From positions 151,094,001-151,158,000 of the forward strand of contig OZ024741.1 in assembly GCA_964016885.1 (NCBI GenBank): 64,000 bases of DNA, given 5' to 3'. The notes under the pieces were generated by a model. The model was not told the origin of the DNA. It searched no databases and saw nothing but the letters and a program-made list of their open reading frames with translations. The position numbers were made by a program, and so were the translations under genes. This document shows, piece after piece, positions 50,927 to 63,722 of this stretch. The DNA is from Eledone cirrhosa. Lineage: Eukaryota. The stretch's first letter is position 1. The number at the start of each line of letters is the position of its first letter.

Positions 50927-53112
50927 ATACTTGGGGAGGGTCATATTGTTATAATATATTGACAGAAATAACAACAGAACACACTCACTGTTTGGTTTGG
51001 GTTGGTTTTCGCTTCTGTATCTTTTATATTTCCATAGTTAATTTGTTTGGCAATCAATATTTAACACCGGTTAAAAATACAGATATAAATCTCTATATAT
51101 AGTCTATCAAAGTTCTTTCGTCGCACATCTGCAACATCATCATTGGTACTTTTATGTTTCCTGCCATTGCATCGTAATGTCTACGCCCTTTTTAGTTAAT
51201 TAATTAATTTATTTCTTCTAGTCTCTGTCTCCGCGCATGCGTTTGCGTGTGTGTATAATGCTTGGTGTGTGTGTGTTCACGTTTGAGTGTATGTGTGTTT
51301 GTTTTTGTATTCTATCTGTATTCACTAGTGTGTGTTTATGTGTGTTTGTTGTTATTGTACTTGTGTATATATTTATTTATTTATTTATATTTCCCTTAAG
51401 TCAGTATTGTTTGTTTGGGTATGGTTGTTGCTGTTATTCCATTCGTTCTTTCTGTTCAATTTCGGTCTTCTTAGTTCTATCTCAGTTGCTTCTCTGATTT
51501 GCCTACCTGTTGATTCATTTCTATGCTTAGATATTATTTTAATTTCTATGTTGTCTATATTATCGTCATGTCTTTGTCTGGCGTGTTCATATAGTACTGA
51601 ACCATATTTATGTTGTCCTTTTAGTTTCCCCCAGTGTTGGTCTATTCTTTCTCCTATGCTACGAGCTGTCTCGCCTATGTATGTTGTTGTCATGTTTCTG
51701 CAAGTACCCTCTGTACATCTTATGCTATAGACTACGTTTCTAGTTTTACAGTTTATCCGGGGGTTTACTTTACATATAACACATTTCCTATTAGTACAGT
51801 GGGTTTTCTTAACGGGGTATGTATTGCTGATCAGGGATTTTATGGTAGTTCCTGGCTTTTCTACCACTTTAATCTTTAGATGGATCTTTCTGAGTGCCTT
51901 TTTACATTGCTTAGCTAATTTCCCTCCAGGGGTAACATCCACGAACATGACACTCTGGTATCTCTGGATGTCGTACCATGAAGTGGCTCTCACTATCTAA
52001 CGTTTAGTCCTATCTAAGCTATTCGATGATTTGCTCCTGTAAAAGGGGCAAATTCTTTTCATGTCCATTTCTGTGATGATCTTATATTTCTCCGTGGCTC
52101 CTTTGTATACTCTGATTCTGTCCCTTTCGTTGTAGCCAGAGAACTGCATGCGATTGATGAACTGTTGGATATGTCTTTCCATTTCAGTTGGGTCACACAT
52201 GCGGGACACGTTCTTCATCACTCTTACCAAGTCTGCGATCAGAACATCAAACTTAACACTGTTGGACATTGCTGAGTTTTTGAGTATCAGGTATTTTGAG
52301 GCCATGGGTTTAGCATAGTGTGAGTGGAGAATTTGCGCCTTCTCATCTATAGTGTTTATCCAGAGTTCCGTGTCTAATACTGGTAGTCTATTGTTAGTGT
52401 GTTTGGAAGGGTAGTCAACGGTTACAGTTATACTCTGGTGTATGGAGTTAACTATCTGCTGGATGCTCTCCATTGTGCTATTTTCTAATTCATGTTTATT
52501 AGTACTCACTTGTGTGGGTGTACTTTTTACTATATTAATATCGTCTACGTAACGAGAGTATATGATGAGGTCTAAGGAGTTCTCTTAAAGGAGTTCTCTG
52601 CGTCTCCTCTCCCACCATACCATAAATAGATTGGCAACATCGCCAGCTATGCTGACGCCAATGGCTGCTCTCTCATTCTGGGTGTAGATCTTTTCATTAA
52701 ATTTAAACATATGACCCTATAGGGTAGTTTTAATACTAGTACCATTTGCATATGCGACCAATTTTCGCACCTGATTGTTTTTGGGTGTCCATATGCCTCT
52801 GGTCCATCCATTCCATCTTACCATGGGAGTCTTTTTAGCCATTAAGGTTATAGTGGTGGTGGTGGTGGGGTGGAGGTGGGGGGTCCTCTTATAGGTCTAG
52901 TGGGGCAGAAACAGCTAAGGTCATGATTATCTAGGTATTCTGTGTCATAACTAAGTCTAAATAGGAGGCCCAGTCCATCTGTGTCGATGTCGTAGAACTC
53001 ACTGATTATTTCCACATATTTTTCCACACCATAATTAATGTTAATGGATGGGTAGAATAATACCACATCTATACTGCCTATAAGAGGTAGACCTATAAGA
53101 GGTAGACGTCCA
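50924..53112 (-). mobile_element. 5'-truncated Penelope-like element (RT plus GIY-YIG), degenerate hammerhead ~51106-51147
   Basis: RT motifs [37 protein letters not shown] and LPVLD. Flanked by (TA)n. Confidence 0.9.
51385..52509 (-). pseudogene. Penelope RT thumb/linker and GIY-YIG endonuclease, one in-frame TAG at 51997-51999
   Basis: ORFs 51997-52509 and 51385-51993 share a frame. CTNRKCVIC...CKTRNVVYSIRC...YIGETARSIGERIDQH...REATEI...LN. Confidence 0.9.
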
Positions 53113-53165
53113 ATGTTTGTTTGTTTGTATAGGTATGTATGTATATATATGTATATACATATATA

Positions 53166-53274
<109 letters not shown>

Positions 53275-53662
53275 CTGCTTGTGTGTGTGTGTATGCATGT
53301 ATGCATGTGTATGTATATGCGCGGGGACATAGAAATAATCGGGCTGGATACCCGATCGCGCCGTTAAACCACTGGGAGTGAAGGAATCTCTAGACTTTGT
53401 CAGGGCATTCTTCTAGGAGAAGGCAACTCAGGGAACTGGGATAACTCCAACATAAAACCTGCGGCTCAGTAGTTACCGATGATGTTGATCTTTTCTTCTT
53501 TTCGGGCTATAGCTACTGTCGCTCAGAGAGTGAGATTGGCTGTGAACAGTCTTTCCTCACTTTCAAAAATATCTTCATGCATAGGCATTGCACGATAGCA
53601 TTAATTAATAATTACTAATATGGCCATACTAGATAACGAAGGGGCAGCCATCATATATATAT

Positions 53663-53700
<38 letters not shown>

Positions 53701-54981
53701 CGTGTCTTTGGGCTCTGCTGATGATCGACTCCAACCGTGACCATCCCCACTGAAAATTTCGTGAAATAGTCTTTTTAAGACTATACAGAGCATTTGTAGT
53801 TTTTCCAAATTGAAGGATGAGTATTTTAAACTTTATTTTATTCTGAGTTATGGCTCTATTGATTTTTCCCTGGATTTCACAAAATTCTGTGGATGAATCT
53901 ATGCCCTGATTCTTTTTGAATTGAGTTTGAATTATTTTCCCATATCTTACGTTAATTATTTTCCTTTTTGACGTTATAGTCACTTATATATTATGGAATA
54001 ATGTTGGCTTCTTGCTCACATTAATTTCTATACTTTTCATTTATATTTATATATATATATATATGTGTGTGTGTCTGATGGTAGCTAAGATGGTTCCATA
54101 GGCGGTATGCTGGTTGAGCACTCTATGCTCTTACAGAGCAGAGTATGGTATAATATAAAACGAAAAATCAGTGATGCATCTGAAATCAATTTATTGTGTG
54201 TTACAATTATTTCGCCGGCGGACAGCTCGAGACACGATCATTGCATGGATCTTGTCTGATTCTCGTCTGCGGACTCGTCGGACACGTCTAATGCTTTCGG
54301 AGCAAATTCTTTCACTGGGGTGTTGGCGTCAAAACTTTCACTGGGGTGGTGGCGTCAAAAACATCCTCTTCACGCGTCCCGTTATTGGCTGCTGCTTTTC
54401 TACGTCATCGTAAATCTGACCAACAGGTGCCAATTCGACTGACCATTCTGCCACACTTCGATGAGTTACGACTGGGGTTGGTAGTTCACACGTCCGCGCG
54501 CGCACTCACACGCACACACACAATCCCAAAGAAAACAACATCCGTACACAATGAACCCGCTATACACACACGCACTCAAGGAGGACAAAAAAAACTATAG
54601 ACATACACATACACAGACGCATGTCTACATGCCCATATACATACACAGATACAGACTCGCTCACAAACACACACATATATATATACACATATATATAAAA
54701 ACATATATATATATATATAGACACACATACATACATATATATACACACATATACATATATATACATACATACACAGACATATATATATACACACACACAC
54801 ACATATATATATACACACATATCTATACCCACATACACACATACATATATACACACCAACAAGCCCTTTCGTTACATTATGTGCTTGTACACACACACAC
54901 ACTGGCTCATATACGCTCATACAAATATTCACATACAGGCCCACGCACGCCTACAAAGATATATACACATACACACATAGT

Positions 54982-55019
<38 letters not shown>

Positions 55020-55186
55020 GTATATATATATATGCACAAATAGGATATATACACAAAGCCATATAAGGATACACAATGGGTCATACAATTGGTCATGCAT
55101 GACTGATGCATTTTCTTAGAAGCATGCACATATATAAACAATATAATCATACACATATATACCTATATATACACGCACATATACCT

Positions 55187-55273
<87 letters not shown>

Positions 55274-55562
55274 CATATATACACATACGTATATACACAT
55301 ATATACAAAATAAACATGCAATATATTAAAGGTGTAGATATAACGTCCCATAGAGATATATAAAAAAAAAGAAGAATGAGGAATGTGTCTGCGTATAAGA
55401 TAGTATACAGGAGAAGCATGAGAAATACAGAAAATATACAGACAATATATGTGTTATAAGATGGGATACGTGGAGAGTATGGACTCTCTATTCAAAAGAT
55501 ACACATGCATGGGGGTGCGTGGACCGGCCATACAGGAGTATGTCACTGTGGTTGAGGTATAG

Positions 55563-56039
55563 TGCCCCCTGCAGGGAAGATGCAATATGAAGCGCACCTA
55601 CATCGGCGCAACATCCACGACCTTTAAATCGCGGATGTATAACCCCACGAACACTTTCAAGGACCGGAATAAGAGATACTCCACTAGTCTGGCAGACCTG
55701 GTGTGGGACTTGAAGGACAAAGGCACCCTGTATGCCCTTGACTGGAGTATCGTCCGGAACGCGAATGCATACTCGGCTGGAAACAGAAAGTGTAGGCTAT
55801 GCCTATACGAGGCCATGGAGATAGTCAGACTGAAGGATGATGCGGTCAACCTAAAATCGGAAATAATCATGACGTGCAGACACCAGAGAAGGTGCACACT
55901 CTCCGCATGGAAACCACCGGGAAGCCTAGGCTTAAGGCATGCGGCGGAGCGTGCGCCGACCAGAGCGGCGAAACGGTTTCTAGGGATGAGACAACATACC
56001 CTGATGACTATATATGTCGCGTGGGGTAAACCGAAATAA
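55563..56039 (+). pseudogene. Penelope GIY-YIG endonuclease fragment
   Basis: CPLQGRC...TYIGATSTTFKSRMYN...STSLADLVWDLK...KCRLCLYE...NLKSEIIMTCRH. Confidence 0.85.
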
Positions 56040-56612
56040 CCTGGGATGCATACCCGAGTCTGCACGTCACCCTAGAAAAAAACATAGCCTGAGCCGGTGC
56101 AGGTCGACCTTATTCCACTGACTTTCAGTCAAATGCATTAGACCTATAGGACAATATACTTCAACCATAGTGACATACACCAGTATGGCCGGTCCACGCA
56201 CCCCCATGCATGTGTATCTTTTCAATAGAGACTCCATACTCTCCACGTATCCCATCTTGTAACACATATTATATTGTCTGTATATTTTCTGTATATCTCA
56301 TGCTTCACCTGTGTACACAGGAGAAGCATGAGATATACAGAATGAGATACACACACGTCTTATACGCATGCACATTCCTCATTCTTCTTTTTTTTTATAT
56401 ATCTCTATGGGACGTTATATCTACACCTTTAATATATTGCATGTTTATTTTTTATATATGTGTATATACGTATGTGTATATATGGATGTATATATATATA
56501 TATATATGTGTAGGTATATGTGTTTGTATATATAGGTATATATGTGTATGATTATATTGTTTATATATGTGCATGCTTCTAAGATAATGCATCATTCATG
56601 CATGACCAATTG

Positions 56613-56649
<37 letters not shown>

Positions 56650-56751
56650 AAGTATGTATATGTATGTATGTGTGTGTATGTGTATATATCTTTGTAGGCG
56701 TGCGTGGGCCTGTATGTGAATATGCGCATATTTGTATGAGCGTATATGAGC

Positions 56752-56807
<56 letters not shown>

Positions 56808-56882
56808 AAGCACATAATGTAACGAAAGCGCTTGTTGGTGTGTATATATATGTGTGTGTATGTGGGTATAGATATGTGTGTA

Positions 56883-56949
<67 letters not shown>

Positions 56950-57052
56950 ATATATGTATATATAGATATATATATATGTGTGTGTGTATATATATGTATG
57001 TATGTATGTATGTGTGTGTATATATATATATATATGTATGTTTTTATATATA

Positions 57053-57116
<64 letters not shown>

Positions 57117-57304
57117 AGTAAGTAAGACCCCGACGGCTGAGCTCAAGCCGTTTCGACGGCTAATTCTGTACAGAATTAGCCGTCGAAACGGCTTGAGCTC
57201 AGCCGTCGGGGTCTTACTTACTCCTATTACCCACTCTACTACCCTAAGTATTGAGTACTTTCGTGCGTTATGGTCCACTTGGTTCCTTACCACTTCTCCC
57301 TCGC

Positions 57305-57335
<31 letters not shown>

Positions 57336-57726
57336 ATGTGTCTGTTTGCGAGCGAGTCTGTATCTGTGTCTGTATATGGGCATGTAGGCAGGCGTCTGTG
57401 TATGTGTATGTCTATAGTTTTTTTTGTCCTCCTTAAGTGCGTGTGTGTATAGCGGGTTCATTGTGTACGGATGTTGTTTTCTTTGGGATTGTGTGTGTGC
57501 GTGTGAGTGCGCGCGCGGACGTGTGAACTACCAACCCTAGTAGTAACTCATCGAAGTGTGGCAGAATGGTCAGTCGAATTGGCACCTGTTGGTCAGATTT
57601 ACGATGACGTTGAAAAGCGGCAGCCAATAACGGGACGCGTGAAGAGGATGTTTTTGACGCCACCACCCCAGTGAAAGTTTTGACGCCAACACCCCAGTGA
57701 AATAATTTGCTCCGAAAGCATTAGAC

Positions 57727-57814
57727 GTGTCCGACGAGTCCGCAGACCAGAATCAGACAAGATCCATGCAATGATCGTGTCTCGAGCTGTCCGCCGGCGA
57801 AACAATTGTAACAC
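57727..57814 (+). ncRNA. Type-I hammerhead with long stem II (mirror copy at 54198-54285, minus)
   Basis: GTGT-CCGACGA-...-GAAA-CAATTG-TA-ACAC, then AATAAA. Confidence 0.7.
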
Positions 57815-57857
57815 ACAATAAATTGATTTCAGATGCATCCCTGATTTTTCGTTTTAC

Positions 57858-57922
<65 letters not shown>

Positions 57923-57933
57923 GTATATATATA

Positions 57934-58020
57934 TCGCCCTAGGCTGAGGTGTCTTGTCTCTAACGCGAAGAAATTCCGATGATTCCTAGCAGACAACTGA
58001 CGATGAATATTACCCTCGCA
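57934..58020 (+). ncRNA. Isolated permuted-hammerhead copy
   Basis: CTAGG...GGTG-TC-TTGTCT-CTAACGCGAA-GAAA-TTCC...CCTAG-C-AGACAA-CTGACGA. Confidence 0.6.
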
Positions 58021-58047
58021 ATATATAAGTAACTGCATGTGTGTGTA

Positions 58048-58122
<75 letters not shown>

Positions 58123-58137
58123 GTATATATATGTATA

Positions 58138-58181
<44 letters not shown>

Positions 58182-58198
58182 AATATATATACATATCT

Positions 58199-58807
58199 TA
58201 GTCTTTAATGCGTCGAAATACCAACGATAATCAGCAGACTACTGATGAGGACATTTTATCTTTGGTCTATTTTTATTCATATGTTCATGATCGTAACAAC
58301 GCACCACGCCATTGTTCATTCACATATTTTTCCCTTCGCTGTGGTTCGTATTTTTTCTGTCATCTTACTGCTATCACCTTTTCTCTCTCCTTCACCTCTT
58401 GCCTTCCTCAACTCCCGCTGATGGTCACTCACTCTCGGCTGGCCCCTTCCTCACACTTTCACTCATCCCTCTCTGCGTCTCACCCTCTCTCACTTCCTCC
58501 CGTCTGACCTGCTTGAATTTCTTTCCTCTCTCAATCTTCTCGCGACTCGGACGTGTCTATTTCTCCTCGTCAATTTGATTTGTCGGACTTAAGCCCACAG
58601 GATTCATTGACTTGTCGCTATTTTCCTCTCTTTACGTTGCATTACTACCATGTGGTTGTTTCCTTCCCTCTGTTTTCCCACTGTCCCGATAACTTAATTG
58701 AGTTATCGCTCACACTGATTTTAGGTATCTAGTCTTTAATGCGTCGAAATACCAACGATAATCAGCACACTACTGATGAGGACATTTTATCTCTTGGTCT
58801 ATTTTTA

Positions 58808-58811
<4 letters not shown>
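58199..58811 (+). mobile_element. Retrozyme-like ~531-nt unit bounded by direct repeats with a permuted hammerhead
   Basis: 58199-58281 repeats at 58730-58813. Full motif at 58687-58788. (TA)n on both sides. Confidence 0.8.
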
Positions 58812-58849
<38 letters not shown>

Positions 58850-59346
58850 TAAACGGAATAGAAAATGCTGACAAATTGTTCACAGTTGAAAAATGGTTTA
58901 ATTAGGAATAAAAGAGTATTAGTGATTGTATGGGTTAGTATTCAGTTGTGGTTTTAAGTTTTTAAGTTTTTACCGGTTGCGCATTTCTAAATGCTTTTCA
59001 AAAATAATTTTGAGATAGAGTGTCCGTGCTGTTTGCTCTGATCTGATTAGTTTTGGGAATTCTACTTGTTTTTATGTTAAAAAAGTGGCTCCAGCGTTAT
59101 TTTTGTGTTGCAAAAATGCTTGTGGTCAAAACAATTTTGATTGGTCGGTAGAGGTCATGTGAATGTAAAAAGTTGATTTTGCGCCAAGACTGTTTTTATG
59201 TTAAAATGTTAAAAAAGTGGCTCCAGCAAAAATTATTGGTCAAAACAATTTTGATTGGTCGGTAGAGGTCATGTGGATAAAAAATTGGTTTTGCGCCAAG
59301 ATTGAGAAATGACTCTTTCACAACAAATATGTGTGTGTGTGTGTAT

Positions 59347-59379
<33 letters not shown>

Positions 59380-59382
59380 AGA

Positions 59383-59420
<38 letters not shown>

Positions 59421-59491
59421 AGTAGTAGTAGTAAGGTGTTCGATGCTGCGACAATGGCCAGCAGCGATGTGTGTCAAATGGCTATTAAGAT

Positions 59492-59544
<53 letters not shown>

Positions 59545-59586
59545 AGTCTCTTTGTATGTTGATGTACGCGTGTGTATGTGTTTGTG

Positions 59587-59627
<41 letters not shown>

Positions 59628-59934
59628 ACCAGTATTTTTTCCCCCCTGGTAAAATGGTGTACATTATTCGATTTTTTCAGTAAAATCGGTTCTCTTAATA
59701 GAACATCGAAAGTCTTAACAATAAAAGGTGTGAAATGATATTCACTATATACATACACACACATTCACTACATATATATATATATATACACATATATACA
59801 TATATATGCACATATATTTTTTTGTATTGCACCATAGAGCATGTGTGTTTACGTGTGTCATTGTGTTTATATGTGGGTAGAGATGTGTGCTGATGTAGGT
59901 ATGTATGTTGACGTGTGTATGTTGTGGGTTCGTC

Positions 59935-60545
59935 TTAGGGAGAAGTGTTTAAACGGGGTCCGTATTTGTTAATGAAGTAAGATTCCTTGCTGATGCGCTG
60001 GGTGTGGGTGGCATTATCTTTAAATTTGTAGAGGGGAAAGATTCTGAAGTTGGGATGATTTTGGGCGGCACAGGTATCAATGTGTTCACTCAGTGGTATT
60101 TTCCTGTATTCCCGTATTTTAATTTGGGATCTATGGACAGTCATGCGTTGGCGGAGGCTGTTTTTGGTCTGGCCTATGTATTGTTCTCGACAACCTGAAC
60201 AAGTTAATACATATATTAGATTTTCCGATGCACATGTGAAATTGTGTTTTACTATAAAACGTTGTCCATCTTTGAAATAGAATTCCGAACCCTCTATTAG
60301 GTTGATGCAAATGCCACAGTTGGGTCTATCGCATTTTTTTACTGTGGGTTTCGTTGTTGTGGTTGGCAGTACTTTGGCATGTGTTAAGATGTTTTTCATT
60401 GACTTGGATTGTCTTTTGCTCTTTATGATATCGTGTGTTCGTAGAATTTGGTTCATTCTATGGTCCTTTTTCAATACAGGGATGTTCTGGAGGATGGTGT
60501 CAAAGGCCTCATTGTTGAGGGGGTTGTGTGTGGAGATGTATGGAG
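59935..60545 (-). pseudogene. Penelope-like (Neptune-type) Zn-linker plus GIY-YIG endonuclease, 5'-truncated; 3'UTR extends to ~58850
   Basis: KCDRPNCGIC...FTCASENLIYVLTCSGCREQYIGQTKNSLRQRMTVH...KESYFINKYGPRLN. Confidence 0.9.
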
Positions 60546-60650
60546 ATGTATGTCCTAAAACTCAGTACCCAGGACCTTAGACACCCTAAAGTAAATCAAC
60601 CAAAACTAAAAGCTCTTCCATACATCTCCACACACATATATATATATATC

Positions 60651-60688
<38 letters not shown>

Positions 60689-60940
60689 ATTGTAAACTCC
60701 TGACCATTTGCAGACTTCACCATCATTTAATAGAGCATGTTAATACAGCCACTTGATGAAATCCCTTTGTTTGTTTATAATAAATGAAGCTTGGAAATTA
60801 GGAATGCCTGCCTTTGACTCATTCTGTATCACCGTATTTTACTCTAAATATAGTTTTACAAAGAATCCCCATTCTTTTATATCCATCGCGCCAATGACCT
60901 TCACCCAACCCAATCATCACCGTCCCCTACCAACATATCA

Positions 60941-61075
60941 CATTAACAGTCGGCCTCCCTGATGATTTCCTTATTTCCTTCGAATTAAACAGTTCTAGTC
61001 CTGTAGAACCCATTTCTATATTAAATATTTATACTCTGCAATGTATTGAGTACCTTACTTACTGTGGTTACCCAC
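60941..61075 (+). mobile_element. Penelope 3' stub with decayed hammerhead (paralog at 11889-12001)
   Basis: This copy keeps CTGATGA (60959-60965) but has TAAA for GAAA. The paralog keeps GAAA-CAG..CTG-TA but has lost CTGATGA. Confidence 0.6.
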
Positions 61076-61786
61076 CGATTGACCCCCCCCCCCCCACACA
61101 CACATACACAGATACACACACATATATATATATATAATCCCTCACACATATATATATATATATATAATCTCTCATATTTTCCCTATATTCTCTCTCTGAA
61201 ACATCACTCCTGTTTTCGTCTAAGATCATTTCTGATCCCTTACCACCACCACCACCACCACCACCACCACCACCACCACCACCACCACCACCACTACTAC
61301 ACTACCTCCCATTCCTAGAACGACTAACGATTACTCTCCACCAGCACCAGCATCAACACCAACATACACAATTATCCATTCTAATGCGCCTAAAGCAGAT
61401 ATATAATTTCACCTGAACTTATAAGGTGAACAACATCATTAATAAGCGACTTCAATATTAATACAGTTGCTATCTTCAATTATATAACGTTATGTGTCTG
61501 GACATATGTGAGCTGATCTGTCTAAATGAACAGATCACAGATGTCAAACACCTTCAATGCTATTCTCCTGGAGTGATGTTTAGTGAAATTTTCCTGTTAA
61601 ATCAAGTTTGCTAATTAGGCGTAGTCTGAGACTTTGTTCAAGCAACCATAAATTCCTAACTCGAAGTGGAGTCATACTTCTATTAAATGGCCATATTCAG
61701 TTTCTATATATATATCCATTAACCCTCTCTCTTTTTCGCTTTATACTTCATATACATGTATATATATATACATGTATAAATATATA

Positions 61787-61817
<31 letters not shown>

Positions 61818-61846
61818 TATATATATATACACATATATATACACAT

Positions 61847-61925
<79 letters not shown>

Positions 61926-62060
61926 TATAGATAGATATAAGATAGATATAAGAATATATATCCTATATCCCACTCTACTACTCTAAGTATTGAGTACTGT
62001 GGTGCGTTATGGTTCATCTGGTTCATTACCACAATTCCTTTTTATATATATATATAGATA

Positions 62061-62114
<54 letters not shown>

Positions 62115-62445
62115 CATGCATTGAATAACAATAAAACAATAAAAAGAAACAAACTAAGGTAGCTATTAATTCATTCTTTTAAGACCTTTGCAGCCAAACA
62201 GGAAAGAATGTGCGCGTTAATTGATGGACAATCAAGGGCTGGTGGCATGGATTTACCTTTACACCATCATTTAACGTTCACATTCTCACGCTTATTCTCG
62301 AGCTATAAATTGACGGTCGAGCTTAAATTATATGCATCATATATATACATACATATGCATACATACATATATATATGTATAACTTATCTTTTAGCACTCC
62401 TTGTGCTCCTCATAACCAACCTCTGATTCGACCCGGAATAACTTT

Positions 62446-62532
<87 letters not shown>

Positions 62533-62714
62533 ATGTATATATGTATATATCTTTTACGCCGTATTTGCCATTCACCAGCCACTCTCCAAGATGGCCGACT
62601 GAATACGCATTCCCTTCCTGCTATTTCAAGCGTTAAACTAATAGATTTCTTCCATGTACTGTGCCTTTGGTTTTGCATTTTTGTTATTACTTTTACACAT
62701 ACACACACACCTAC

Positions 62715-62785
<71 letters not shown>

Positions 62786-63251
62786 ATATATACATATAAG
62801 CGTTCGGGCGTGCACATTATGAATATCAAATTTCACCACTGTTTCGTAATTCAACCGGTTGCTTGTACATTTAACTACAAGCTTTAACAATATTCTTGCA
62901 AAAAGTAATGCGGGTTTCTCTGTTCAATCTTTTCCATCACCAGGGCTAGTTTACCCGATTTTATTAATTATTATTTATCGTGTGCTGCTATTATGGCTGT
63001 TTGCGTTGGAACATAACACATATCGCATACACAGACACACACACATATATATATATATATAACGAAGGAAATGTGGTAAGGAACCAGATGGACTATAACG
63101 CAGCAAAGTACTCAATACTTAGGGTAGTAGAGTGGGTAATAGGAACGAGTAGGACCTCGACAGCTGAGCTCAAGGCGTTTCGACAGCTAATTCTGAGTCC
63201 AGAATTAGCCGTCGAAACGGCTTGAGCTCAGCCGTCGGGGTCCTACTCGTT

Positions 63252-63345
<94 letters not shown>

Positions 63346-63579
63346 TATGTTTATATATATATATATATGCATATATATATGTTTATATATATATATATAA
63401 ATATATATATATATACAGAGAGTGAGAGAGAGTGTGTGTGAGTGTGAGAGAGTTTTTTTTTTTGTGTGTGTGTGTGTGTGTGAGAGAGTTTTTTTTTCGT
63501 GTGTGTGTGTGTGTGTGTGAGCGAGAGAGAGAGAGAAACAGAGTGAGTGAGAGAGGAAGTTTCTTATTTAGGCACAGAG

Positions 63580-63722
63580 CCACCAAATGGTACTTTATTT
63601 CATCGGCAATGGAAGGATTAAAGGCAAATTTAACCTTGAACGGATTTAAACTTACAATGTTGAGAGCCAGAACAAATAACACAACGGCATTTTATCCGAT
63701 GCTCTACTAATTTTGCCAAACC
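63580..63722 (-). mobile_element. Diverged tRNA-derived SINE (other old copies at ~8060-8170, 19515-19660, 28545-28660, 32461-32540)
   Basis: GGTACTTTATTTCATCG...AAGGATTAAAGGCAAA...GGATTTAAACT. Confidence 0.6.

Larger units (their letters stand above)
54151..57861 (+). mobile_element. 5'-truncated Penelope-like element preceded by an inverted copy of its own ~1.4-kb 3'UTR
   Basis: 54151-55568 is the reverse complement of ~56147-57861. A GIY-YIG ORF lies in the spacer. Confidence 0.85.

Noticed and set aside
51997-51999. In-frame stop as possible selenocysteine recoding
   Set aside because: The codon is TAG, not TGA, and the element has other lesions.
53651-53983. 110-aa minus-strand ORF, possibly a Penelope N-terminus
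   Set aside because: No recognisable motif; cannot be supported.
58715-58779. HDV-like or twister reading of the pseudoknotted motif
   Set aside because: It lacks recognisable P3/L3/P1.1 or twister core residues, whereas CUGANGA, GAAA and UH all sit next to the correct stems for a hammerhead.
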